From positions 257,362,001 through 257,426,000 of the forward strand of contig OZ024743.1 of the NCBI GenBank assembly GCA_964016885.1: 64,000 nt of DNA, in the 5' to 3' direction. A program made the position numbers and the translations under genes. The DNA comes from Eledone cirrhosa. Its lineage: Eukaryota. Positions within the stretch are counted from its first letter, which is position 1. Each line of letters starts with the position of its first letter. Of the stretch, positions 38,729 to 52,764 are shown piece after piece. Under the pieces are notes generated by a model that saw nothing but the letters and a program-made list of their open reading frames with translations, ran no database searches and was not told where the DNA came from.

Positions 38729-40334
38729 GTAAGTGACGTAGCATTCCAGTTGCCAATTATTGGAAATATTTGCTCCTTTGGGCCCTCTTTGGAATCTTGA
38801 GTTATGCAACTTTTGTGCACCCATCTCATGCTTCCCATGACAGATCACAGGCCTATCACCAGTCCTTTCAACATTAGATGGAGATTGTAATATTTTTTCC
38901 AATGGGCTTCTCAGGAATATGTGGGTAAAGAAGATGAACAAGACGAGTTCAGAGAGAGAATTATCTCCTTTACATCCATTCTTCCATGTTTATATCGGTT
39001 GCACAAAGGCTGGAGCTTATCCTTGTTTTATGATATGCTAAGCAACCCTATCACCATCACACCAAGACTGGATCCCAGCTGTTCGCAACACTCTAACTCA
39101 TTGGCCACAGGTATTCATTCATTAAGTAACACAGAAAGAATGCCAAAACCAACCAATTAGTCAAATATGTCTCTTCATATGTTCGTTTGAGTTTGAAATC
39201 TCATCACAAATAAAAGTTACAGTCAGATCAAAGACTTAACATTTGTGAATCAAGGAATTAACATATTCCCTTAATATATGGAATAATAACATTACTTTTA
39301 TGTAAATACTAATGACTTCTCTCAAATAATCTCCACAAAACACTTGTCCAAGATTAACATATGGATTATAAGCTTACTTTCTGCCTAAAAGTAAAATTAT
39401 GCATTCTGATCTGATCGTTTGCTAATTGTAGCTTCTAACAAACTGAATCATTCTCCTAAGTAAATCATCCCTGAATATGCATTTTTCAACACATTGATTT
39501 ACTAGAATGACTAATTTACTGATTTAATATCAATGACTAAATGAAGTTGTATTATAATAATTGTACTGTTTTATTTTATTTTTATTTTTTTGTTCATCTG
39601 TCACTCACAAATGTAAGAAGTTATCAAATTGTTCTAAAACTTTTATTTAGAGTTCACGAAAAGTGAGACAATGACATCAGCGTTCTCTGTCAACAGTGTT
39701 ATCTGTCTGTCAGTCTGTTAGTCTGTCTCACTAGCCATCTGTATATTAATTCCTCCTTCTCATGGTGGTATATGTAGGACAGGATATTTTAAAACAATGT
39801 TTTACAACCAAATCAAACAAAACGTTCTTATTTGAAATTATGATGGAAATATAAAGATTTCTACTATATAACCAGAGATGGTTTCAGGTTGTTTGGTATA
39901 GAAAGTGTTAAAGTTTTTTGAGAGTGTTGTAATCCCTGTTACTCATTTGTATAACAGTCTTAATGAAATATTCAATGCATATACTGGTGTAGAAAGTGAG
40001 AAACATGTGATTAAAAAAATTGATGATAAAATGGGGGATTGACTTATAATCAAGGTCAATATTTTGACCAGCTTCAACATCTATGTAAAAGAAGAAGAAA
40101 AATATCTCAAGTGCTTGCTTTACAATGAAATACTGGTTTACTACATTTCAGAAGCATTTTTACTGACGCACAAGCGCATACACATGCAAAAACACATACA
40201 CACATAAGCAGACACACTGGGTTGAATGCAAAATGAGGGGGAGAGAGAAATATGGTACTATTGTTGTCTGTTAAAAGAAAGTAAATAGAAATTTGAGGAA
40301 CATGTGCAACTTTATAAAATGGATGAAATGGTAA

Positions 40335-41640
40335 AAAATCATTATACAAAGGAGTGATAATCCCAATTTTCAAAAGGGGAGATGACAGATTGTTACAATT
40401 AGAGAGGAATCATCTTGTTAAGCTTCCCCAGTAAAGTCTTTGCTAAGTATCTGGAAAAGAGATGCAGGGGGGTTGTAGAGTTCAACATAGGTGATGAACA
40501 GTGTGGTTTTTGCCTTGGTCACAGCACAGACGACTAAATATTCACACAGTGGCAGGTCTTCAAGAAATCGTAGGAGTGTTGCCAAGAGGTATATTCTTGT
40601 TTTGTAGACCACAAAAAGGCGTATGACCATGTTCCTCAGGACCTGCTGTAGAAGGTTCTGCAGAAATATGGGATTGTTGTCATCTTCTTACTGCCCTGTT
40701 GTCTCAATATGAATGCCCAGTTATTTGTCTTCAGATAAATGTTGCTAATTTGAAACCATTCAATGTGGGTGTCAGTCTCTGCCAAGGGTACATACTGTCA
40801 ACTCTCCCTTTCATTATTTTCATGAACAGGATTGACATGCTCAGCTGGGTTGGAAGTGGTATGAAAACTGGTGGATGTAAAATTAGTCGACTGGAATTTG
40901 CAGACAATATGGGGTTACTTAATTTGATAGAAGGTGGTTCCTGACCTGCACTTGATAGGTTTGATGCTGAGTGCTGCAGGACTGAAATGAAAATCAGTGC
41001 TGTGAAAACTGAGACATTCATCTTCTCAAAAAAACCTGTACAGTGCACTCCACATGTGAATGGAGTTCTAGTGAAACAGCTTGAGAACTTCAAGTATCCA
41101 AGGGCTGCGTTCACAAGTGATGGAAGGTAGGAGGCCGAATTAAGAGCAAGAATTGCAGGAGCTGGTGCAGTAATAAACCAGTTTCAGCATATGGTAATCA
41201 GAAGAATGGAGGTAAGTGTAAAAGCCAAACTTGATATCTTCGATTCAGTATTTGTGCCAATCCTTACTATGGTCATGAATCTTGGGTAATAACTGACAGA
41301 ATATGATCACAAATACGAGTGGCCAAAATGGGGTTCCTCCAAAGGTTCTTTGGAGTAATATTACTTGATAGAGTGCATAGCTCGGAGATCAGAGCATCAA
41401 TCCAGGTAGAGATGCTACTTCTCTAAATTGAGAGATCACAGCTCCGTTATGAGGGGCATGTGGTTAGAATGCCCCAGGTAACTTAGTGTTAAACCCTGAG
41501 ATAACCTCCATTAGCTTGGCTGGTCTCACTTAGGTATCCAGCTGGATTAGTTGGAGATGGTTACTTCTGACAAATGGAATGTTTGAGGATGCTGCCCTCA
41601 TGACCCTCTCAGAAATATGTGGGCAAAGAAGTTGAAGTGA
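40335..41640 (+). mobile_element. Degenerate RTE LINE (second family), RT to 3' end
   Basis: VIIPIFKRGD, DEQCGF, FVDHKKAYDHVP, CQGYILSTLPF, LEFADN, FKYP; many stops. Confidence 0.85.
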
Positions 41641-42097
41641 AACAAAAATTTTACTCTAAACGGTACTTAAAAACATTTCAGATATCACAATATTAATAAT
41701 TCACAAAAATGTTCTCCACATATAGGAATTTCTAAAACTGTAGCATATAAACATATGTTGATTATCTGCCACAGTTTGTACATCTGATTGAGATTTTCAC
41801 CCATTTATCTGACATAAAATAGGTGGGGGGACTTATATTTGGATCCGCTTATTCATGAGTATATATGATAACGTTTTGCTAGTTTAATCATCACAAACTG
41901 ATCTTTGGGGGCCTTTAACAGAATCCACTCTGTTGCATGCATTCAGGCACATACCTTGTTTGAAGATACCTCTCTCCTCCTCTCCAGTCTCAGAGAGAGG
42001 GACTAAAACAAGCCATGGGTATTGCTCTTCCTTTTCTAACAAAACAATAAGGAAACTGCATATGTGTTAGCTTCTACTTCCCCTTTATTTGGATTTG

Positions 42098-42819
42098 TTA
42101 ACACTTTTGATACAAAAACTACTTGAAGACACACCCAGTTCTACATTTTAAAGGCTTTATATTTATCTAAAAACATTTCAAAATAGTTTTATGTAAAAAT
42201 CTTTATGTTCCAACACCAAATTAATAATTGGAAAGCTGGTTATATTATCTAAATCCCTCCTAATACTGGATTATTTAAAAAAATTATTTGAAAGTTGTAA
42301 GCAGTGTCTTTCATTAGAAATAAGACAATGAAAAGGTTAAAGTATTTATATTTTTCTGAAAAATTTCCCATAATTTTTCGTAAGAAATTTATGTTATGCT
42401 CCTATTACCAACTTAATGAGAGAGTTATATGTCTATATCACTTTAAATTTTGATTATTTCTAAATTATTTGAAGACCACGGGCATTGTATTTCATTAGAA
42501 TTATGGCAACGAAAAGTTTAAAGTATTTATATTTATCTAAAAACCTCCCATAATTTTATAGGTTCTAAACACCAGCTTTATTATGAGAACGTTAGTTATT
42601 TTTCTAATTCTCTCCAAATTTGCAATTATTTTCAAAATTGTTTAAATTCACAGGTAATGTATTTACATTGAAATATGGTAATGAAACAGGTAACAAGTTT
42701 ATATTTATCAAAAAATAAATCTCCTATATTACTAAATCCCTCCAAACTTAGAACTATTTTCAAAATTATTTGAAAATCATAGGCAGTAACTCAAAAATGT
42801 TTAGTAGCTAATGAGTTAA
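42098..42819. repeat. Tandem array of ~4 diverged 125-240-bp units related to the TTAA MITE
   Basis: Units end at ~42340, 42521, 42693 and 42819; shared TTTATATTTATCTAAAA, ATTATTTTCAAAATTATTTGAA and TTTCATTAGAA motifs. Confidence 0.65.
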
Positions 42820-43929
42820 AAGGATTTTTAGACACATTATAGCTTGATTTCCTAACCTATAGCCAGACAGGACAGAAGTTTAGGATTATCTCTCAGTAGT
42901 GAAACAAATCAAAATAACAAAAATTGTATTATCATTATTCATGTGTAAATTGCAAACTCTGCAATATTATTAGTGAATTCAAACGTTTCACTAGGCAAGG
43001 AAATTTGAGAATAAAATATGTAGAATGTAGTTTTCACTATTTGAATCTCAATTATTTGTTGAAGGCATTGCCATTTTAAACAAACACTCACACAGATTCA
43101 CAATCACAATATGCCTACACACACACACTTGTGTTAATATATATATATACATACATATATACATACATATATACATACACACATGAATATATGCACAAAC
43201 ATATATGTATATCTATATATAAACTCACATATATGCATACATATTTACAAATGTGTATATGTATTTATATATATATATTTATTTTTTAAATTACATTTAA
43301 ATTATTATGCAATATTTCATCCATTAATGGCAATTGCATAATTAATCAGTTGATCTGTGTATCGTTCAATATACCTATTCATCCTTATCTATATATCTGT
43401 GTGCGTACATGTATGTATGTACAGACGTATTTGTGTGTGTGTTTGTATGTTTGTGTATAGCTATTTGTGAGTATACATTTATGAGTCTATATATATATAT
43501 ATATATATATACATATACACATGCATACATTCATACATTTTATGTTACAAATTTGTGTGTATATACAATACAACTGTGTGAAATATTATAACTTTACATA
43601 ACTTAGTTTTGTTTTTGTTTCTATGGTTGAACTCTTCCATAAATATCCAATGCATAGCATTAATCTCCCCCTTTTCATGGGTAATTAAGTCGGTTTATGT
43701 TGTGAGAGGGTAAAATAAATACCAGGGTGTTTTGGTCTTAGCTTGATAGATTGTGTTGTGGGGGAGGAGCTATTTACATAACATCCATTTATTGGCTTGA
43801 CAATCCTGATGGAATGACAAATTATTAATGAGAACAAACACCAATAACTGTTACTTTGGCAACAGAATGAGAACAACAAGTAGCATTAGCGATAATCTTA
43901 AAATTAAAGTAAAATATATTAATAATATT

Positions 43930-44946
43930 AATAATTGTTTCTACTTTAGGCACAAGGCCAGCAATTTGAAGGGAAGGGGAAAGTCGATTAATTAAATTCC
44001 AGTGCATTACTGGTGCTTTATTTATTGACATTGTAATGATGAAAGGCAAAGCTAACCTTGGCAAGATTTGAACTCAGACTGTAAAGGGCCGTAACTATAT
44101 GCTTTGAAGCATGTTGTCCGACACTCTACCGACACTGCCAATCCCCCCGCCCTTATAATAATAATAATTGTTTCTACTTTTGGCACAAGGCTAGCAATAA
44201 TAATAATGATACTTGTTTCTAACATAAGCACAAGGCCAGCAATTTGGGAAAAGGAGAAAATCAATTGTACCAGTACTTAATTGGTACTTTATTTTATCAG
44301 CCTTGGAAAGACAAAAAAGCAAAGTTGATTTTGATGAAATTTGAACTCTGTAAAGACCAGGATCAAATACTATTAAGCATTTGTCTGACACTTTAATGAC
44401 TCTGACATTACCTCAATAATAATAATAATGGTTTTTAATTTAGGGCCAAGGCCAGCAAATTTTGTTACCATCCCAAGAGACCAAAAGATAATCTTGAATG
44501 AAATTGAAAAAATAATTAAATATACAGGTTCACAACTAACAACATCAAAATAATTCCAGTTATCATCAGAGCTTTAGGCATGAAACAATTGAGACTAAGA
44601 GAGTAATTTGAGTTAATAAACTTCAAAACACAAATTGCTCTCCTAGAAAGAAGACCGCTTGTTGGGCACAGCCAACATACCCAGAAAAATACTGTCTGTC
44701 TGAGGTCCAGTAATCATAATATTTACTGTGCAAGCCATCAATAATAATGATAATAATAATAATAATTGTTTCTAATTTTGGCACAAGGCCAGCAATTATC
44801 CCACTGGTGCTTAATTTTATCGACCCCATAAAGATGAAAGGCAAAGTTAACCTCGGCAGGATTTGAACTCAAGGGCTGTAACTCTATGTAGAAAAGCATA
44901 GCAACTGACCATCTACCCTCTACTGATACTGCCAATCTACTACCCT

Positions 44947-44987
<41 letters not shown>

Positions 44988-45552
44988 TTTATTTATTGGC
45001 CACAAGGGCTGACACCAAGAAAAACATTACAGACAGCACAGGACGGTACATGACGGTACGATGTGGGTTTTGTGCATGTAAAGATTTTTATTATTTATAT
45101 AAGAAAAGAAAAAAAGACATAGAAACATATATATATATAAACAATAAAAATGAAAATTGAAACAATGAAAAATTCCCCAATAGTAATAATAATAATTGTT
45201 TCTACTTTTGGCACAAGGCCAGCAATTACCCAGTGCATTTTATCGACCCCGTAAGGATGAAAGGCAAAGTCAACCTCAGCGGGATTTGAACTCAGATCGT
45301 TAAGGGACGTAACTATCCTGGAAAGCATGGCGTCCAACCCTCTATCGATACTGCCAATCCACCGCCTTAGTAATAGTTATAATAATAATAATTGTTTCTA
45401 CTTTTGTCACAAGGCCGGCAAATACCCAGTACATTACAGGTACTTTATTTTATCGACCCCGTAAGAATGAAAGGCAAAGTTAACCTTGAAGGGATTTGAA
45501 CTCAGACAGTAATGGGATGTAACTATGCTAGAAAGCATGGCGTCCAACCCTC

Positions 45553-45553
<1 letters not shown>
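43930..45553 (-). mobile_element. Cluster of about 5 SINE family A copies plus fragments joined through (AAT)n, with an L1/Tx1 3' tail fragment at ~44986-45183
   Basis: Repeated AATTGTTTCTACTTTWGGCACAAGGCCAGC...GGATTTGAACTC; 44986-45183 resembles 48640-48778. Confidence 0.85.
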
Positions 45554-45586
<33 letters not shown>

Positions 45587-48412
45587 TTTAACAAAATTTT
45601 AACAAACTACAAAGTAGGTGAACATGTTAAACAAACTAAACTTAGAAAATTGAAAAGAAAATACAGTATAAAATCAACAAGTGACATAGACATGCAGATA
45701 GAAATAATCTAGCAAAAAGTGCCGGCCAAAGCTGCTCGTATAAGACGCTTTGAAAAACGTTCTAGATTCTATAAGGACAATAATATGTTCAAAAACAACC
45801 AAAGAAACTTCTACAGAAAAATTGGCAAGTCAACAATAACTGCTAAATCAATACCAACCAAGGAGGAAGTGCAAGTATTCTGGGAAAAGATCTGGGCCGA
45901 AGAAAAAGTTCATAATATACATGCCCCATGGATAGACAGACAAATGAAAGATACAGCTCACCTTGAGGAACAAAGATGGGAAAATATAACAGTTGAACAG
46001 TTTCGTTTGGCTCTTAGAAAAACCAGCAAATGGAAATCCCCAGGAAAAGACAAAATACCAAATTTTTGGATAAATGCCTTCACAGAGTCTCATGAGCTGT
46101 TAGCCCAACTTTACAATGAAATAGTTAAGGAGCCAGAAAAGATACCATCATGGCTAGTTAACGGCATTACATTCCTACTTCCAAAGAATGATGAGACAAG
46201 CAATCCCAAAAATTACAGACTGATAACTTGCTTGACCACAATGTATAAAATTTTAACGTCAGTCCTAACTGAATATACATATGATCACCTGATAACAAAT
46301 TATCTATTTCCTAATGAGCAGAAAGGGTGTAAACAAGGCTCATATAGCTGTAAAGATCAGCTTTTGGTTAACAAAATGATACTGGAAGACTGTCATAAGA
46401 GACACAAAAATCTATCAATTGCTTGGATAGATTACAAAAAAGCAATCGATAGTTTGCCACACAGTTGGATTGAAAAATGTTTAGGTATTTTCAAAATATC
46501 TCCTGTTGTCGGGAGGTTCCTGTCATTCAGTATGAAGACATGGAAAACGACACTCCTTTTGAAAAGTGAAAAAAAATCACTGGAAGCTGGAGAAGTTAAT
46601 ATTAATTGTGGAATTTTTCAGGGTGACTCTTTATCACCGCTTTTATTCTGCATCGCACTTAAACCATTAAGTAAAATGTTCAATGAAACAAAACTAGGAT
46701 ATAAATTCTCTGACAAAACCATTAATCACTTGTTCTACATGGATGACCTGAAACTATTTGCAAATAATGATGAACAATTGCAAGGGCTATTATCCATTGA
46801 TGACATTAAAATGGAGTTTAGACTAGACAAATGCGCCAAAGCAACGTTCACCAGAGGAAAGTTGCTGAAAAGTTCAGACATTAATCTTGATCGGGGGAAT
46901 GTGGTAAGAGAACTTGATCAATAGGAAACTTACAAATATCTAGGTGTTTGTGAAGGAGACGGAATCAGGCACTCGACAATGAGAGAAAAGACAAGGAAGG
47001 AATGTTACCGCAGAATAAGAGCAATCTTAAGAACGGAATTGAATGCAAGGAATAGGATTGATGCCATAAACACGCTTGCCATACCAGTAGTAACTTACAG
47101 TTTCGATGTCATCAACTGGTCAAGCAAAGAGATCCGTAGGCTCGATACAAAAATTAGAAAATTCTTAACCATGCACAGAATGCATCACCCTAAGGCAGAT
47201 ACAGATAGAAAATATCTCCCTAGGAAAGAAGGAGGACGTGGGTTAATCCAGTTAGATATTGCGTTGAAAACTGTAACAATTGGATTATCTACATATCTAA
47301 GGGAATTACATGATTGGATGATCAAACTCGTTTTGAAACATGAAAGCATCAAAAGATCATACTCCATTACAAAAGATGCACAAAGATACAGTAATGGACT
47401 ACAAATTTCAGAAGTTCCATTTACTGCTGAAATGAAAAACACAGAAAAAGCAAGGCAGGTAAAAGTAACTGCAAAGAAAGAACTGCTACAGAAACTGGCA
47501 AAGAAATGGCAAGAAAAGCCTCTGTATGGAAAATACCCAGAAAGAGCTAACAATCCTGATGTTGACAACATTTAACCCATCAGTGGTTGGCATCCTCTGG
47601 ACTGAAATCGGAGACTGAAGGACTAATTATATCAGCACAAGATCAGTGTCTGCCAACAAAAAATTACCAAGCCAACATAATAAAAAAATGGATGCAACCC
47701 ATTATGCCGTGTATGTAAAAAACAACCAGAGACCATTGATCATATAATTTCAATGTGCAGTCCTATAGCTCCAACCGAATACCTAAACAGGCACGACAGA
47801 GCTGCACAATACATACATTGGATAATGTGTAAGCATTTTGACCTGCTCCATCAAAAGAATTGCTGGGAGCATCAACCACCTCCCATACTTGAAAAAGATC
47901 ACAACTCAATCTTGTGGAACTTTAGCATCCAAACAGACCGAAAAATAGATGCAAATAGACCTGATATAATACTGAAGGACTTTAAAAAGAGGGTATGCCT
48001 GCTAATTGATATGTCCTTTCCAATAGACAAGAATGTATCTATAAAAACATTTGAAAAATTGAGCAAGTATAAGGATCTGGAGATAGAAATTGGAAAAATG
48101 TGGAAATTGCGAACTAAAACAATACCAGTGGTTGTAGGTGCTCTAGGAATGATACCTAAGGGGGCTAATGATTACTTATCGCAAATCCCAGGAAACCCGC
48201 ATATAGGAGAAATACAAATGATAGTACTAATGGGAACTGCCCATATACTAAGGAAGATTCTGTCAATATAAGTACATCACAAGTCTAAACACCTAAAGAT
48301 GCATATGCGTGTGTGTTATTTCTTGAACATGGCGGACCTTGTTGTCTCTTGAGGTCACTGGTTGTGACTTGGTGATCACTTGTATGAACATAAAGCAAGA
48401 TAAATGCCACTG
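45587..48412 (+). mobile_element. R4/Dong-type non-LTR retrotransposon (RT, CCHC, restriction-like endonuclease), 5'-truncated and inactivated, within (TAA)n
   Basis: WKSPGKD, NYRLITCL, WIDYKKA, GIFQGDSLSPLLF, YMDD, GGRGL, CRVCKKQPETIDHIISMC, RHD, RPDI, LIDM, KLSKY; a few stops and a frameshift; (AAT)n on both sides. Confidence 0.92.
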
Positions 48413-48427
48413 TAATAATAATAATAA

Positions 48428-48617
48428 TAATTGTTTCTACTTTTTGGACAAGGCCAGCAATAACCCAGTGCATTACTGGTACTTTATTTTATCGACCCCG
48501 TAAAGATGAAAGGCAATTTAACCTCGGCAGGATTTGAACTCAGAATGGCAAGGGCCGTAACTCTATGTGTCAAAGCATGGCGACCAACCCTCTACCAATA
48601 CTGTCAATCCACCACCA
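48428..48617 (-). mobile_element. SINE family A
   Basis: Full consensus between two (AAT)n tracts. Confidence 0.88.
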
Positions 48618-48639
48618 ATAATAATAATAATAATAATAA

Positions 48640-50586
48640 TGCTTTCTTTATTAACCACAAGGGTTGAAACAAAGTTTAGCATTAAGGACAACACAGGACA
48701 ATACAAATGAGCATTTCTGCATGTAAAAAAACAAAAACAGAGTGTGACAAAAGAAAACAATGAAAAATTCCCAATAGGGAGGAGACCTCCGAGGGTTGCT
48801 CGTGGAAAAAGCCCACAAGAAAAGCCACGGTTACCCAGACTGCTAGGGCAAATGCCCTCTTCCAGTTTTCCTCCTACAATGCTACAGGCATATGCTCAGG
48901 GTAGACCCATTCACATGGGCCATTCTTACCTCTCTCACCCACCTTTCAACAAATTGGCTGGAGGTCAGCACTTCCCTCTCCACCATGATTTTCCTCTTCA
49001 GGTGAAACCTGAAAAAGTTAATGAGGGCATAACCGAAGGGGAAAGTACCGGTCCTCAACCGTTTCAGACTTGTCCACCATACAATCTCTTTTACCATGGC
49101 CACCAGACAGATAAAAACTGCCTGCCCTTCTCGGCTAAAGGAAGGCAGTGGGGAAATCTTCATGATGGACTCAGCTGATAGCCAGATCCATTCTACACGT
49201 GACAGCAGATGTTCGGCATAAACCCACAAATCAGTAATGCTCGGACACTGGACGAGTGCGTGCAGGACAGTTTCATCGCCCTGTGAGCATCTCAGACAGG
49301 CTTGGCTGACAGCACTTCCCTTGCCTGTAGAGTCTATCCCGAACTGGCATGGCTCCTGGGTAGCACTGCCAGGCCAGGGATTTCTGGAAGTTGTCCATGG
49401 GCCCCGGCCCGAAAGTTCTCCCGAAGAGATTGGCCAGTTGGTTTTCGTCAATGCCTAGAGTCTCCCCAAGGACGTTGTTGCTCTTTCCATCCACTAATCC
49501 TTTATAGAAAGCCAAGGTGGAGTTTCCAGCGATTTTGTATTGCTCGACTGGTCGAGGGCTGTAAGCACCTGAAGACATTCTAGTCTCCAAGCGCTTCCTC
49601 TCGGTCTTCGCTTGACCCAGGACTGCAGCTCCACCAAAGAGACGAGCTGGGGAAACATGTGTCTAGCAAAGGGCGACCACACCTGATCACCGTCGAGGAA
49701 GAGGTGGAGATGCCATAGCCTGAGCGCATGTCTGCGCATCATCAGCCACGGCAAGCCCAGCCCTCCGCATAGCGGGTGTTGACTGCAGATGGACCGCCTG
49801 ACCATCGGAGCATGTCCCTTCCACAAAAAGCGAAAGAGCAAATGCTCCAGTGCAGTCAGGCGAGGCTTAGGACAAGGCACGACAGTCAGGCGGTAGTAGA
49901 TAACGGACGCGATGTACGCATTCACCACCGCCGCTCGACCTTTCAGGGATAGCTTCCTCTCGGCCCATTTCTGGTGAGAGAAAACACCTTGCTCGTGACC
50001 TCCTTCTAGTTTTTGTCCGTCTGGAGGTCCGGACCGAACCAGACCCCTAGCAATTTAACCGGTCTGTCCGTCCAGTGCACGATGATGCTGTTGGGTGGCA
50101 TGGACCTGCCTCTCCAGGTGCGGAGTTGCAGGCCTACTGATTTTTCCTGGTTGATCATTGCTCCTGTCACTACCTAGTGTTCTTTTAGTGTGGTGCCAAT
50201 TGCCTCAATGTGTTTGGTGTTCGACACCACTACGGTGATGTCGTCTGCATAAGCTGACACTGTTCTTCCGCATCCTAGGTCACGTGGGATCCTCCTGAAC
50301 GTCTCCAGTTTGTGCAGTAATGGCTCAAGAGTCAATACGTACAAGGACGAGAGAGGACATACCTGGTGCATCGAGCGCATGATATTGAACTGTTCTGAAA
50401 GGTGACCCTCTCTATGATGTATCGCATCATGAGATGGAGGTTGTCGTGGATGGATCTCTCCGGAATGGTTCATGTCTGCGCCTCTCCCACCAGATCACCG
50501 ACAACAATCGCCAATCTCTTTGCTAACACCTTGGCCAAAATCTTGAACTCTGTGTTTAGCAGAGTTATGGGCCTGAAGTTGTCTAT
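48640..50586 (-). mobile_element. L1/Tx1-clade LINE, 5'-truncated and degenerate, with (ATT)n tail
   Basis: NFRPITLLNTEFKILAKVLAKRL, QVCPLS, SAYADD, FLWKG...GGLGLP, CLRC..DETVLHALVQC zinc motif. Confidence 0.88.
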
Positions 50587-50783
50587 GGTTTCTTATATAG
50601 GAACAAGGCCAGCAATTTTGGGGGAGGGAAAAGTTGATTACATTGACTCTATTTCGTGACGGGTACTAAATTTTATCAACCCTGGAAGAATGAAAGACAA
50701 ATTTGACATCAGATTTAATCTCATAAAGTAACTAAATGTAACATGTTGTCCAATATTCTAACAATTCTGCCAATCTATTGCCT
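50587..50783 (-). mobile_element. Older SINE family A copy abutting the L1/Tx1 5' break
   Basis: GGTTTCT...ACAAGGCCAGCAATTTTG...TTTTATCAACCCTGGAAGAATGAAAG...CTGCCAAT. Confidence 0.7.
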
Positions 50784-50849
50784 TTATAATAACAATAATA
50801 ATAATAATAATAATAATAATGACTTCTGATTTAGGCACATGGCCAGCAG

Positions 50850-50980
50850 ATTCCACTCACAAGATACTGGTCAGCCTGAGGCTATAGAAGAATACGCTTG
50901 CTCATGATGCCACACGGTAGGATTGAACCTGACTCCATTTGGTCGTGAGGCAAACTCCTTAACCACACAGAGATGCCCGT
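50850..50980 (-). mobile_element. SINE family C 5' part
   Basis: Minus strand TGTGTGGTTAAGG...AGGTTCAATCCT tRNA-like head. Confidence 0.6.
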
Positions 50981-51322
50981 ATCTTACTATTTCTTATTGA
51001 TTGCTTTAAACCCTGGCATCATGGAGAGAGGGAAGTTGCATGAATGGTGTGGTGAACAGCCAAAATGTTTCAATGATCAGTTGTTCTGATGATGTAGCTC
51101 CCATTGACATGATCATCATATGTCCATTGATATGGGTTAGACAGGTTGTCATGGTTTAAGAACCATGTGTTGCTCATATGTTTGATTTTAGCTAGATGCT
51201 CTTCTTAATACCAAAACTTTACAAAATTTCCTTAGTGTATTTTATCATGACACCATCACTACTACTTTATCAGTGTACCAGGTATATTTTATTATAATAC
51301 CAGCACTACCTCTTTAAAAAGT

Positions 51323-51585
51323 GGAGGGGCATGGCCTAGTAGTAAGTGTGTTGGGTTTACGATCATAATGTTATGGGTTCAATTCCTCGCGTGTTGTGTT
51401 CTTGAGCAAAACACTTCATTTCACATTGCTCCAGTATACTCAGCTTAAAATGAGTACCAGCAATACCTGGGGCTTTAATCTTGCAATGGACTGGTGTCCT
51501 GTGCAGGGAGAGTTACGTACTCTTAGTTGCTTCACACCATGAAACTTGCCTAATGAGCCTTTAATGGCTTAAGATAGACTTTAGA
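51323..51585 (+). mobile_element. SINE family B (Meta-like) inserted in a degenerate ~45-bp tandem array (51215-51950)
   Basis: TGGCCTAGTAGT A-box, GGGTTCAATTCC B-box, TGCAATGGACTGGTGTCCTGT; flanking TTTACAGAGTGTACTGGGT...GGCACCAGCACTAC units. Confidence 0.75.
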
Positions 51586-52764
51586 CCTCTTTACAGGGTG
51601 TACTGGGTATATTTCATCGTGGCACTAGCACTATCCCTTACAGAGTGTACTGGGTGTATTTTATAACACCGTTGCTGCCAGTTTACAGGATGTATTTTGT
51701 CTTAATGCCATCATCATCACTTTACAGAGTGTATTGAGTGTACTTTATCATGGCACAAGGCCTACGTCTTTACAGAGTGTACTAAGTGTAATTTATCATT
51801 GCATCAGCACTACCACTTTACAGAGGGTATGGGGTATATTTTATGGCACCAGCACTACCACTTTAGAGTGTGTACTGGATATATTTGATTGTGGCACCAG
51901 CAGTACTACTTCGCAGAAGTGTGCAGAGTATACTTTAGCATGGCACCAGTATACAAATACAGTGGGCTCGTGTGAAAGAATTAAAGGGACTATCTGATAT
52001 AAATAAGAATTTGTATAAATTCAGTGATTCTGAATTGCATTAGATACTAGTGACGAATAAGATTCAGCTGTCATATAAAGCATTTTATTTCTACATCCCG
52101 TAGATTGTCTTTTGTTTTTGTTTATTGTCTCCTGGCATTTGTGCTTTATGTATAATTACTTCTTATCACATAAAGAGAAGCCTAGCATGACTATTCTAGT
52201 TCAAACTAATGGATATTACCTTTCATCATCTGCTAGACAGTAAAAGCTTCTTCAGAGTCATTGCATCTATATAGCTATGGTCAGAGTATCATCAGACTGA
52301 CTTTCACATGTTCGTGGAATTCAGCTTTTGAAGTTAGCAGAGATAACTAATACTATTTACATTATGGAACTATGATTGCTACAACGGAACATTTCCATTT
52401 GGGCAATAGTTTTGGCTTTAATGTAGCATCTGTTTTATATAGGATCAGTGCTACCATTAAGTCCAACTAGGCAGCCGCCTCAGATGCAGACCTTTCAGAC
52501 AGGCATATTACTGAAACTTAAAACATCATAGTTTTATACAAATTTGTATAATTAATTTAAATATATAATAATTTCCTGTGATAAATAAATAAATCAGTAA
52601 AATAATTTTGCAATAAGTGGTGTTGTGAATATATCTTAAGATATTTGCATAGGAGAGTGTGAACTGTGTAGCAGAAATGAAGTATTAGTGATTTTCTGTG
52701 TTAAATCTAGGTTCAGTAGCTTGCAAAACTGTAAGATAAAATTAATTTCTTTCGCTCGATACGC

